From the IMG/VR virus record IMGVR_UViG_3300036797_000054, positions 58,745-122,744 of that record: a stretch of DNA of 64,000 bases; one strand, 5' to 3'. The position numbers and the translations under genes are program-made. This DNA is from a virus. Its lineage: Duplodnaviria > Caudoviricetes. The notes under the pieces were generated by a model. That model made no database searches, was not told the origin of the DNA, and saw nothing but the letters and a program-made list of their open reading frames with translations. Below, in pieces: positions 20,358 through 29,536 of the stretch; the stretch's first letter is position 1; every line of letters starts with the position of its first letter.

Positions 20358-20570
20358 GTGGCCGATGCGATGAGACGCCGCCGTCAATGGCGCTGGACAT
20401 GGCCTGCGCACTTCCGGCTCACGCTGGTTTTCGAGCCTGCCGTGGGTAACGATCATCTGCCGCGCATCGAGCGCATCCGCCAATCGTTGCGCAGCCAATA
20501 CGCCGACGGTAGGATCTCGCTCGACACTTTCGAGCGCAGAATGGAACGCGCACTGGAGCGTGAGTGCTGA
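20358..20570 (+). CDS. DUF1707/SHOCT-like small protein
   Basis: LRSQYADGRISLDTFERRMERAL. Confidence 0.5.
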   Translation: MADAMRRRRQWRWTWPAHFRLTLVFEPAVGNDHLPRIERIRQSLRSQYADGRISLDTFERRMERALEREC

Positions 20571-20836
20571 TGCCACGAGAAACGATAAGTCAGAAGGCCG
20601 AACGCCTGCTGCGCGAGAGCAGCGTCACGCAGTTGACGATCAGCATCGACCACGGCGTAGGCGTCTACGCCGTCAAGGGCGACACGATGAGCTATCTGGT
20701 GACGGTGCTCTCGCCCGACCTGCGCGAGGAGGCACAGCGCCTGGGCGTGACACCGGGGAACTGCCCGTGCGAGGCGCGCGGCATGTGCTCGCACCTGCTG
20801 GCCGCCGACGCGATGTACCGCGCGCAGACGTTGTGA
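20570..20836 (+). CDS. SWIM zinc-finger protein
   Basis: VKG...Y.V...CPC....MCSHLLA. Confidence 0.7.
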   Translation: MPRETISQKAERLLRESSVTQLTISIDHGVGVYAVKGDTMSYLVTVLSPDLREEAQRLGVTPGNCPCEARGMCSHLLAADAMYRAQTL

Positions 20837-21252
20837 GCACGGACAAGATCGCCAAGAATCTCAGAGCGTTCATCATCGCGGTCAACGCGCACGACCGCGA
20901 GAATCCGACGCACGAGCCAGCCTATGGGATCGGGCTCAGCGCGCACGACATGGAGCGCCTGGACTTCGAGGAGGGCGAGGAGCTGTGGCCCGGTGTACGG
21001 GTGGAGACGGACACCGGAGTCTCGGGCAATTTCCGCGTGCTGTGCACCGGCGATCACGAGGAGGAGGCCGAGGCTGAGCGCGAGGAGGCGCACGCCGTCG
21101 GTGTCGCTCTCGGGCTCGCGGAGCCGGGCGAGGCAAACGAGGTCGAGCTGGCCCCGGTCATAGGTCCAGGATGGCCGACTGAGACGATCGAGATTCAGGT
21201 CGAGCGTCCGCGTGTGGTCCGCACGATCATCAGCGAACCACGCGTGCGATGA
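20833..21252 (+). CDS. hypothetical protein
   Basis: GTGA-coupled ORF. Confidence 0.55.
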   Translation: MSTDKIAKNLRAFIIAVNAHDRENPTHEPAYGIGLSAHDMERLDFEEGEELWPGVRVETDTGVSGNFRVLCTGDHEEEAEAEREEAHAVGVALGLAEPGEANEVELAPVIGPGWPTETIEIQVERPRVVRTIISEPRVR

Positions 21253-21806
21253 GCTTCGCGACGATCGTCGCCGACCCGCCATGGCGGTTCCCCGGTGGCA
21301 AAGGACGCGGCAGCCAGTACGCATGGCGCGAGGGGCGTGCATCGGGCAAGCGACGAGTGCTCGACTACGAGCAGATGACGATCGAGCAGATCGCGGCATT
21401 GCCCGTGGTCGAGCACGCCGCCGATGACGCCCACCTGTTTATCTGGACGACGCAGCATCACCTGGAGGCCACCTACGGGATTGCTCGCGCGTGGGGATTT
21501 CAGCCGTCGTGTGCGCTGGTGTGGTGCAAGGCACCACATGGCTGGGGACCAGGAGGCGTGTTCCAGAGCACGGTCGAGTTCATCCTGTACGCGCGCCGCG
21601 GGCAACCCAAGCCGCGCAAACACGCGGTCGAGCGCCAGTGGTGGGAGTGGCCACGCGGGGAGCATTCGGCCAAGCCCGATGCGTTCCTCGACATGATCGA
21701 GGCGAAGTTCCCTGCGCCGCGCCTGGAGATGTTCGCGCGCCGCGCCCGCTTCGGCTGGGACTACTTCGGGGATCAGAGTCTCAGCACGGTCGAGCTCAGC
21801 GCGTGA
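21249..21806 (+). CDS. MT-A70-family adenine methyltransferase
   Basis: ADPPW, Y..MT.EQI..LPV, HLFIWTT, HSAKP, RLEMFARR. Confidence 0.9.
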   Translation: MSFATIVADPPWRFPGGKGRGSQYAWREGRASGKRRVLDYEQMTIEQIAALPVVEHAADDAHLFIWTTQHHLEATYGIARAWGFQPSCALVWCKAPHGWGPGGVFQSTVEFILYARRGQPKPRKHAVERQWWEWPRGEHSAKPDAFLDMIEAKFPAPRLEMFARRARFGWDYFGDQSLSTVELSA

Positions 21807-22365
21807 GTCGGCCGACCGTTTCAGTTCGCGGCCAGCGCGGGCGCGGCATGGGCGGCCACCACCACTCGTATGAGGGCAACTCGGTCGAGTGGTACACGCC
21901 GCCGGGCATCTTCGCGGCGCTCGGCTTGGAGTTCGACCTGGACCGTGCACGCCCGTAGGCGGCCTGTCCTGGGTCCCTGCGGCCCACTTCTACACGGCCG
22001 AGGACGAAGGGCTTGCGCAGCCGTGGTTCGGGCGTGTGTGGCTCAATCCGCCGTACGGGCCGCACACCGAGACATGGCTGCGCCGACTGGCCGCGCACGG
22101 CAACGGCATCGCTCTCGTGTTTGCACGCACCGAGACGCGGTGGTGGCACGAGACGGTAGGCTGCGCTGACGCCGTTTGCTTCATCGCCGGGAGGCTGACT
22201 TTCGTGGACCATCACCGCCAACCTGGGAAGTTCAACAGCGGCGCTCCATCGGCGCTCGTCGCGTATGGGACCGAGTGTGCCGAGGCGGTCGCGGCGGCGT
22301 CGCTCGGCATGACGTTCGCTGTCCACGCACGCGAGCTGGCGGGACAGGGCTCGCTGTGGGAATAG
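21803..22365 (+). pseudogene. phage Dam-like N6-adenine methyltransferase with a 1-nt frameshift
   Basis: EWYTPP..F..LG..FDLD in one frame, then PCT...VWLNPPYG...ARTETRWW in another; one C missing near 21943. Confidence 0.8.
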
Positions 22366-22371
22366 TCATAA

Positions 22372-23027
22372 ATGACTAACCCGCTCAACCGCAAGATCAC
22401 GATGTACACGGTCGAAGTGAGCGAGCACGACGTGCCGCCGCGCTGGCATATCGGGAGCTCGCGGATCGAGCTGGGCGGCCGTGATCGAGATCACGCGCTT
22501 GATCGAGCTGCGCTTCATCTCGCCATCGTCGCGGGCATCCCTCCGCTGCGATCGCTACGCGCAGTCGTGCGAGGGCATGTGCGCATCGCGCGCGACCGAA
22601 CGGTCGAGGTCCCGATGCAGTGAGCGACGAGGGCAACGTTATCGAGCTGTTCCCACCGGCCAAGGGAACCGACGACGAACACGACAAGCTGGCGGTACAT
22701 ACCTCGCGCCAGCGCTGCCACCACCGCGGCGCTCGGCTCGACGCCGATGCTCGACGTGTCTACTGCCGCGAGTGCAACGTCGAGATCGACGCCTACGAGG
22801 TGCTGGAGCGCATCGCCCGCGAACCGGAGCGGACGATCGAAGAACGTAAGACGGCCCAGCGTCGCCTGCGCCAGGTCCGCTCCGAGCTGAAGAATCTTGA
22901 ACGTGAGGAGCGCAACGCCAAGGCCCGCAAGCGCCGCCGCACCGGCAAGAGCGCGATGCAGGAACGCGTCGAGGCGCACGCGCGCATGATCGCCGAGGGC
23001 CGCGAGATCGGACTGGGGCGCTCGTGA
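22372..23027 (+). other. two coupled hypothetical ORFs (22372-22623, 22620-23027)
   Basis: Overlapping stop/start; second has CxxC and a coiled coil. Confidence 0.5.
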
Positions 23028-23899
23028 GCGACTGGAGGGCGATATACGAGGGCCGCGAGTGCGGCACCTGTGGGCGCAAACGCAACCTGCTGTGCATCCA
23101 CATCTGGCACCCGCCGATCCAACGGCGCACCTTGGGCGATCAGGTCGAACGGCGCGGCGCGTTCGTGAGCGTGCGCGCCCGTTGCTTCGATCGTCCCGCG
23201 TGCGACGCGCGCGAGACCAAGACCCGCGATCGCGCCAGCGTGCGAGGCTCGCGCATCGAGCTCAGCGAGGCACCCGGAGATCCCGAGCAGCGCAAGCGGC
23301 CGGGGTTCTGCTCGTGGTGCGGCCATCCGATGTGGCGCGAGAACAAGGAAGGCCAGCGCGTGCTCGACAAAACGCGCAGCTATCACAACGCCGAGAAAGG
23401 CGAGCACGACTGTCGCCGCGAACACTCCGACAGCTACAGCTATGACACACGCCACGCCGTCATCGCCAAGGCCCGCAACGAAGGGCTGACCGAGCTGCGA
23501 TGCGCGGACTGCGCCACCGTCTGCGAACAGCTCGGCCCCGAAGGACCGGACTCGCTTTGCATCTGTGGCCATGCACGCCGCGAGCACGCGCATGGGACAG
23601 AGACGCGCGTGGCCGCGATGAAGCTGGTCTGCGAGGTCGAGGGCTGCACAGCGTGCCACGCGCCCAACGAGGATCAACCGTGGTACGGCGGCTTCCGCAT
23701 GTTCCGCGCGCGTTGGGAGGCCGATCACGAGCTCGCGCTGGAGGACGGCGGCGCGCACAGCATCGAGAACCTGTGCTGCCGCTGCTTTCGCTGTCACAGG
23801 GACAAGACGGCGCGCGAGAACGCAGCCCGGCGAGTAGCCCGACGGTATGCCAGTGGTGTACAGGCACGCGCCGCAAAGGCCGATTCTGCGGGCGTCTGA
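23024..23899 (+). CDS. Cys-rich protein with C-terminal HNH domain
   Basis: WEADHELALEDGG.H...NL...C.RCHRDKT. Confidence 0.75.
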   Translation: MSDWRAIYEGRECGTCGRKRNLLCIHIWHPPIQRRTLGDQVERRGAFVSVRARCFDRPACDARETKTRDRASVRGSRIELSEAPGDPEQRKRPGFCSWCGHPMWRENKEGQRVLDKTRSYHNAEKGEHDCRREHSDSYSYDTRHAVIAKARNEGLTELRCADCATVCEQLGPEGPDSLCICGHARREHAHGTETRVAAMKLVCEVEGCTACHAPNEDQPWYGGFRMFRARWEADHELALEDGGAHSIENLCCRCFRCHRDKTARENAARRVARRYASGVQARAAKADSAGV

Positions 23900-24253
23900 G
23901 GCCGCGCCCGCATACCACTGGGATACCGATGGGCTACTCGCTGGAGCGATCAGAGTCAGCGACAGCGTGGGAGCTGCGCACCGCATGGGCCAAGCACAAG
24001 CCGGTCCGCCTCGTGCTCTCCGAGCGCTGCACCGATGAGGACGAGCGGCCGCTAGGCACCGTCGAGGGCCGCGTGCGGCGCGTGGCCGTGACCAACGCGT
24101 TTGTGCTGCTCGGCGACGAGCACGACGAGTTGCTGATGGTGCCGATGATTGACGTGCTCGGCATCGGCTATCCCTAGCCGCTTCGTCTCATAGGCTGCTG
24201 CACATGGGTCACTACATGGCCGGTGTGCACGACATCGAGGCGGTGCGCGCGCG

Positions 24254-25882
24254 ATGAGGATCATTCAAGGTGACTGCATCGAGCAGATGCGCGCGATGGA
24301 GGAGTGCTCGATCGACGCGATCGTTTGCGACCCGCCGTACGGCATCGGCTTCATGGGGCATGAGTGGGATCAGCCGGGCGCGCATGGCGCAGATCGAGCA
24401 AAGGAAGCGCCGTCGATGGCGCGTACCGGCCGTGATCACAGGCTCGGCCGCGAGCGTGGCGGCGCGATGGTCGCGGGACAGTACGACCTCTCTCTCTCCG
24501 CTAACCAGCGCTTTCAGTCGTGGTGCGAGACGTGGGCGCGAGAGGCCCTGCGAGTCCTGAAGCCCGGCGGCCACATGCTCGTCTGCGGAGGCACGCGCAC
24601 CTTCCACCGGATGACGAGCGGGATCGAGGACGCGGGCTTCGAGATCCGCGACTGCCTGAGCTGGCTCTACGGCTCGGGCTTCCCGAAGTCACTGAACGTG
24701 AGCAAGGCGATCGACAAGGCTGCGGGTGCCGAGCGCGGCGCGGGGGTGCAACGCTTGGCACCGGTAGAGGGCGATGACACCGGAATCTACGGGGAAGGCA
24801 ACGGCAACCGCCTCTGCGAGACATGCGGCAAGTTCACGTTCTCGGCCGACCCGTGTGTCTGCTCGCGGGACGGCGGCCCAGCAACCCCCGATGCCGAGCG
24901 CTGGCAGGGCTGGGGCACCGCGCTCAAGCCCGCATGGGAGCCGATCGTCGTCGCGCGCAAGCCGCTGAGCGGGACCGTCGCGGCGAACGTGCTTGCGCAC
25001 GGCACCGGGGCGATCAACGTGGACGGGTGCAGGATCGCGGCGATAGGCGAGAATCCGACCATCGCGCGGCGCAAAGGCTCGACGGCGCATCTGGCGAACG
25101 GGCGCGTGAGCGCAGAGACGGAGGCTGAAGGCCGAATCGTTGATCGGCGCTCGCCTGAGCAATACAGCGCTGACCGTCCAAGCGATGCGCTCGGCCGTTG
25201 GCCCGCCAACGTCGCCCTAGGCCACACCGAGGACTGCCGGATGGTGGGTACGCGAGAGGTTGCAAGCGATGGGCACTTCCCTGCGACGTGCGGCGCGTGC
25301 GGTTACGGCTCGGCGGTTGAGGACTCGAACGACGGCGGCCTGAAGTTGACGGAGGTGTGGGCCTGCGTGCCCGACTGCCCGGTGCGAATGCTCGACGAGC
25401 AGAGCGGCAAGCTTCATTCACAAGACCCTCGCACGCGAGCGAGCCGATCAAAGACCGTAGGCGTCACGGGGATGGGAACAGGGGCGAGCGTGGAGTACGC
25501 AGACAGGGGCGGCGCATCCCGCTTCTTCTACTGCGCCAAGGCATCGCGTGCTGAGCGCAACGCTGGCCGCGACGCCCTCACGCGCAACACGCACCCGACC
25601 GTGAAGCCCGTCGATCTGATGCGCTGGCTCGTGCGGCTGGTGACGCCGCCAGGAGGCGTCGTGCTCGACCCATTCGCCGGTAGCGGCACGACCGGCTGCG
25701 CCGCCGTGCAGGAAGATTTCGAGTTCATCGGCATAGAGCGCGAGGAGGAGTACGTGAAGATCGCTGAGTCACGGATCGCGTGGTGGAGCGACAATCGCGC
25801 GGAGAGTGTGAAGGTCTCGCTCAAGCGCAGCCGCGCCAAGCAGGTTGCGCCCGAATCGGCCGAACAGCTCACGTTGGACTAG
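24254..25882 (+). CDS. N6/N4 DNA methyltransferase (beta class)
   Basis: GDC...DPPY, YGSGFPKS, GWGTALKPAWEP, HPTVKP, VLDPFAGSGTT. Confidence 0.92.
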   Translation: MRIIQGDCIEQMRAMEECSIDAIVCDPPYGIGFMGHEWDQPGAHGADRAKEAPSMARTGRDHRLGRERGGAMVAGQYDLSLSANQRFQSWCETWAREALRVLKPGGHMLVCGGTRTFHRMTSGIEDAGFEIRDCLSWLYGSGFPKSLNVSKAIDKAAGAERGAGVQRLAPVEGDDTGIYGEGNGNRLCETCGKFTFSADPCVCSRDGGPATPDAERWQGWGTALKPAWEPIVVARKPLSGTVAANVLAHGTGAINVDGCRIAAIGENPTIARRKGSTAHLANGRVSAETEAEGRIVDRRSPEQYSADRPSDALGRWPANVALGHTEDCRMVGTREVASDGHFPATCGACGYGSAVEDSNDGGLKLTEVWACVPDCPVRMLDEQSGKLHSQDPRTRASRSKTVGVTGMGTGASVEYADRGGASRFFYCAKASRAERNAGRDALTRNTHPTVKPVDLMRWLVRLVTPPGGVVLDPFAGSGTTGCAAVQEDFEFIGIEREEEYVKIAESRIAWWSDNRAESVKVSLKRSRAKQVAPESAEQLTLD

Positions 25883-25931
25883 GAGAGATAGCCGCTGAGC
25901 GCGGCTGGCCGGTCAAGAGTAGGATGCCGAC

Positions 25932-26426
25932 GTGAAGCAGGACACGGCCATCACGCTGACCGAGATCCCGCCGGGCAAGTGCTGCAAACTCTGCGGCGCG
26001 AAGCGCCCGTTCGAGGAGTACGTGTTCAACGACAACGGCCGCCTGGGCGTGAGCCCGCGATGCGAGGCGTGCCGCAACCGCGGCCGCCGCCGCGAGCCGG
26101 GGCTACCGGAGTTGCGCTACCACCTCAAACGCCACGCCGCCGAGCGCTACATCGAGCGCGTGCGCCCCGAGCTGGCTGAGCTGGAGCGCTCGGCGGCGAT
26201 CGCAACTGCGCGCCGCGAGATGCGCTACGCGATGGCGACGGCGGCGTGGCGGCCGCGCGTACCGTCGTGGTGTGGAGACACGGCACGCCACGGAGCGCGC
26301 GAACCGCCCGGCTGCCTGCTGATCGACAACGACGTGGTGTTCGTGCTGGCGCGACCGCGTGGACGGGGCGTGAGCGAGTGCGCAGTGGTCACGGTATTGA
26401 CGCGCCTACAGCACGAACGGGACTGA
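25932..26426 (+). CDS. hypothetical protein
   Basis: TAGGAT-N6-GTG; CxxC pairs; HA.ERY.ER...VVTVL. Confidence 0.55.
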   Translation: MKQDTAITLTEIPPGKCCKLCGAKRPFEEYVFNDNGRLGVSPRCEACRNRGRRREPGLPELRYHLKRHAAERYIERVRPELAELERSAAIATARREMRYAMATAAWRPRVPSWCGDTARHGAREPPGCLLIDNDVVFVLARPRGRGVSECAVVTVLTRLQHERD

Positions 26427-26491
26427 TCACGAACTGATCGAACGTCGTGCGGGCGTGAGAATCAGTTGACGACGCGGGTAGATTGGAGAGG

Positions 26492-27214
26492 ATGGCGGGA
26501 CGAAGCAAGCCTTCGCAGGGGGCGGAGAGCAAGACAAAGCCCAAGCGGCAACGCAAAGAGCCGCGCAAACGCTCTCCTGGCACGCGAGAGCGCGGGCGCA
26601 CCAAAGCGGATGCAAAGGCCAAGCAAGGCGGCTCGACACCCGCGGCGGATGCGATCGAGCGCGGCGAGACGTACCGCACGATCTACGACCGCTGGCGCAC
26701 CGGCGTGGACGTGGCGACGCTCTCCGCCGACTACGAGCTGACGCCGCGGCGCGTGCAGCAGATCGTGGACGAGCTGCGCGCGGTCAACTACGACGCGACA
26801 GTGGACGTGGCGCACCCGCTCTCGGCACTTCAGATCGTGGACCGGCTGCTGGCGCAGCTCGACGCCGCGGTGGGGCAGGCGGCGCTGATCTTCGAGGGCG
26901 CGATCAAGGACAAGAACTGGGCGGTGGCACTCGGCGCGTCCAGGCGCATCGCTGACGCGCGCCGCGAACTACTCGAACTGCAACAGGCCCGCGGGATCGT
27001 GCCGCGCAACTTCGCCGAGCTGCACAACCAGTGGGACGGGATGCAGCTCGTCTCCTCCATCTTCGAGGTGTTCGAGCGCTACGACGTGCCCGAGGTGGTG
27101 TCCAGTGAGATTGCCAAGCTGGTGCACATGGACACGAGGCGGGATCGCGGGCGACTGGAGCTGGACATGCGCACCGGCGACTCGGAAGTGATCGACACGC
27201 AGGCGGCGGCATGA
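26492..27214 (+). CDS. HTH protein, possible small terminase subunit
   Basis: Basic N-terminus, HTH (G.DVATLS..YELTPRRVQQIV), helical C-terminus. Confidence 0.4.
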   Translation: MAGRSKPSQGAESKTKPKRQRKEPRKRSPGTRERGRTKADAKAKQGGSTPAADAIERGETYRTIYDRWRTGVDVATLSADYELTPRRVQQIVDELRAVNYDATVDVAHPLSALQIVDRLLAQLDAAVGQAALIFEGAIKDKNWAVALGASRRIADARRELLELQQARGIVPRNFAELHNQWDGMQLVSSIFEVFERYDVPEVVSSEIAKLVHMDTRRDRGRLELDMRTGDSEVIDTQAAA

Positions 27215-28247
27215 CCTGGCAGGAGTGGGCGATCATCGGCCTGATCCTGCTGTGCATCGCCGTGATCGCCGTTGCGACGTTCGTGGTGAATCCGTGATGG
27301 GCGCGAGCATCGGCGTCGGTCGCGCCAGGCTGTTCGAGCAGGGCGAGTTCGTGCGCATGGTGCACGCACCTGCACCATGGATGGAGTTCATGATCGGCTG
27401 GCGCTTCGTCGTGCAGCGCGCGAGCTGGCGATCTTTGCATGTGCGCCTGCGCGCGGACTATCCGCACACCGAAGGCGGCGCAGCCACACTGGAACTGTCG
27501 ATCGACACACTACGCACGGAGTACGCGTGCTGGGAGCGGGCGTGAGCGCCGACGGCGTAGCGCATATCCGTGAGGTTGCCGCAGCGTTCGCTGATCGGCT
27601 GGCCGAGCGGCGTGCAGTGATGGACAAGCTACCGATGGTCGAGTGGGATCGGTGCGTGCGGCCAGGCGACGGCACGTTCATTGTCTACGGCTGGATCGCG
27701 CGCAGCGACGGCCAGCGCGATTTCGTGGTGCTGTCGTTCCTGTGGCCGACCGACCCGACGGCCGCGTTGTTCACGACGAGCTCGGCGAAGCACTCGGCTG
27801 AGATCGCGCGGCTGCTCTACGGCAGTGAGGCCGAGCACATCGACTGCGAGCGCGTCTCTGACGTGTTCCAGTGAGGGCCGACGTGACCTGCCCCCGCTGC
27901 CTGCTCTACGGCCAGTTCGATGAGTGCTCGCGCTGCGCTGAGGAAGGCGTCGCGATCACCTACGAGCAGGCCGTTCGTGCTCAGTCCGGGTTCCTCGGCA
28001 GTACCGGCGACACGGGGCCGCCGCTGCCTGCGGCCAAGCGCGTGCCGGTGACGTTGGGTGAGTGGATAAGTCGCCGCGCATGAGCGTGACGAACGATAAC
28101 GAGCTCTCCTCGTTCGGGCCGCTGCCGTGGTGGTGGAAAACGCCGATCCGCCGATGGTTCATGTGGCATTTGCGACGGCGCATCAGCCGCTGCACGCAGT
28201 ACCCCACTGAGTAGCTGTCGGCAACGGACGGCATCCTTGCGGTGCGA

Positions 28248-28598
28248 ATGGACGGGGAACGGGATATCGAGCCGCTGCTGAGCTGCAACTGCGCGGAGCA
28301 CCGGGCGCTCGCCAAGCTGCCAGCGGACGAGCGCGACGTGGTGACGCGGTTGCCCTACAAGCGCGAGGCGTCGCTGCCGCCCGGTCCTACGAGGCTGACG
28401 CGCGAGGAGGTCAAGGAGAACCAGCGCCACCGGCTCGTGACGGCCATGGCGGAGTCCTGCCGTCGGTTCGGGTTGCCGCATACCTCGGTGCAGGACGTGG
28501 TAGAGCTTTCGGGCGTGGGCCGACGCGCGTTCTATGAGCTGTATGCGGACCTGCACGACTGCTTCGAAGATGCGGTGCGTGTAGCCCGCGAGGCGTGA
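28248..28598 (+). CDS. TetR-family HTH domain-only protein
   Basis: QRHRLVTAMAE.....G...TSVQDVVELSGVGRRAFYELYAD..DCF; ends right after the DNA-binding domain. Confidence 0.75.
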   Translation: MDGERDIEPLLSCNCAEHRALAKLPADERDVVTRLPYKREASLPPGPTRLTREEVKENQRHRLVTAMAESCRRFGLPHTSVQDVVELSGVGRRAFYELYADLHDCFEDAVRVAREA

Positions 28599-29092
28599 AC
28601 CGCGTACGTACGCAGCGCCAGGCGGAAGCGATCGCCGCGGCGCTGGACTACATCCCTGATCGGCTGCTGCCGTTGACGGGCTGCGACATCTTCTGCGCTG
28701 ATCCCTGGTTTGCTGGAGTACATGATCTGCGTGAGGCCGATAACGGCGAAACCGTCGAGCTGCGTGCTCACGCAGTAAATGAGAGCATTACGCGTGATCG
28801 CAGGCGCGTCATCTGCATTCCTGAAGAGGTCGAGGTGGTGACGGTCCTGCACGAGATGGCGCACATCATCGATTACACGCTGTGGGACCGCACCGGTGGT
28901 CGTCATCTGCCCCGCATGGAGCCGATCAATGCCTACGCTGAAAACTATTACGGCGAGGCGTTCGCGGAATCTTTCGTGCAGTGGCTCTACGGCGCGGAGA
29001 TGGTCAACAAGCTGCTGGTCGAGCGCCCGCACATGTGGGATCGCTGGAGCCGCGAGAACGACGAGTGGTGGGATCGTCTGCTGCTGCAATAG
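28595..29092 (+). CDS. zincin-like metallopeptidase
   Basis: VLHEMAHIID...YA.....EAFAESF. Confidence 0.7.
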   Translation: MNRVRTQRQAEAIAAALDYIPDRLLPLTGCDIFCADPWFAGVHDLREADNGETVELRAHAVNESITRDRRRVICIPEEVEVVTVLHEMAHIIDYTLWDRTGGRHLPRMEPINAYAENYYGEAFAESFVQWLYGAEMVNKLLVERPHMWDRWSRENDEWWDRLLLQ

Positions 29093-29123
29093 AACGCCCG
29101 ACTAGCGCGGTAGCCTCTTCTGC

Positions 29124-29192
29124 ATGGCGTTGATCGTTCGCCAGCGGACGTGGGGATGGTCGCGGACGTGGGAATGGTCGCGCCAGGCGTAG
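29124..29192 (+). CDS. leaderless 22-aa Trp-rich mini-ORF (MALIVRQRTWGWSRTWEWSRQA)
   Basis: TAGCCT-N7-ATG, identical for 16 nt to the start at 9981; in-frame 18-nt tandem repeat. Confidence 0.45.
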   Translation: MALIVRQRTWGWSRTWEWSRQA

Positions 29193-29273
29193 CCGCCGGA
29201 GGTCGCCCGTTCAAGCCGGGCCGCGCGAGCACATCGCGCGTAGCTCAGTTGGTAGAGCACCGGCGGCTGCGCC
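29186..29273 (+). ncRNA. circularly permuted tRNA-like RNA (YrlA/Y-RNA-like topology)
   Basis: Order: 14-bp stem 5' strand, AGGTC, T-arm GCCCG-TTCAAGC-CGGGC, acceptor CGCGCGA-gcaca-TCGCGCG, TA, D-arm GCTC-AGTTGGTA-GAGC, A, 14-bp stem 3' strand. Confidence 0.85.
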
Positions 29274-29303
29274 GCGCGCTACACTGCCGCCGCTGCTGAT
29301 CGC

Positions 29304-29392
29304 GCGCCCGTAGCTCAGTGGAGAGCACCGTCCCGTTGGCTCCGAAGGCCGCGAAAGGCGGAGGTCGCAAGTGTCGAGGCTTGCCGGGCGCA
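29304..29392 (+). ncRNA. tRNA-like RNA with 24-nt anticodon-loop region and 8-nt T-loop
   Basis: Perfect 7-bp acceptor GCGCCCG/CGGGCGC, D-stem GCTC/GAGC, CCGTC/GGCGG stem, AGGTC, T-stem GCAAG/CTTGC. Confidence 0.75.
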
Positions 29393-29440
29393 TTGACAGC
29401 TTCACTCGTTATGCTGCGGCGCGTGCATCGCACACCGCTC

Positions 29441-29536
29441 GCGCCGGTAGCTCAGTGGTCAAACCTGACCCTCGGGTTGGGGAAGAGCAGCGGTCTTTCA
29501 AGCCGCAGGTCGGCGGTTCGATCCCGCCCCGGCGCA
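29441..29536 (+). tRNA. tRNA with anticodon TTC (Glu) carrying a hairpin insertion in the D-loop
   Basis: Acceptor GCGCCGG/CCGGCGC, anticodon arm GCGGT-CTTTCAA-GCCGC, T-arm GGCGG-TTCGATC-CCGCC; 31-nt D-loop; no encoded CCA. Confidence 0.8.

Noticed and set aside
29124-29303. Calling the permuted RNA a two-piece tmRNA
   Set aside because: No G3-U70 alanine determinant, a full D-stem is present, and no tag ORF ending in ALAA-stop follows.
29393-29415. TTGACA...TATGCT promoter before the UUC tRNA
   Set aside because: The spacer is only 11 nt.
29328-29484. Archaeal bulge-helix-bulge splice motifs in the insertions
   Set aside because: Could not draw two 3-nt bulges around a 4-bp helix in either insertion, and no splicing endonuclease was recognised.
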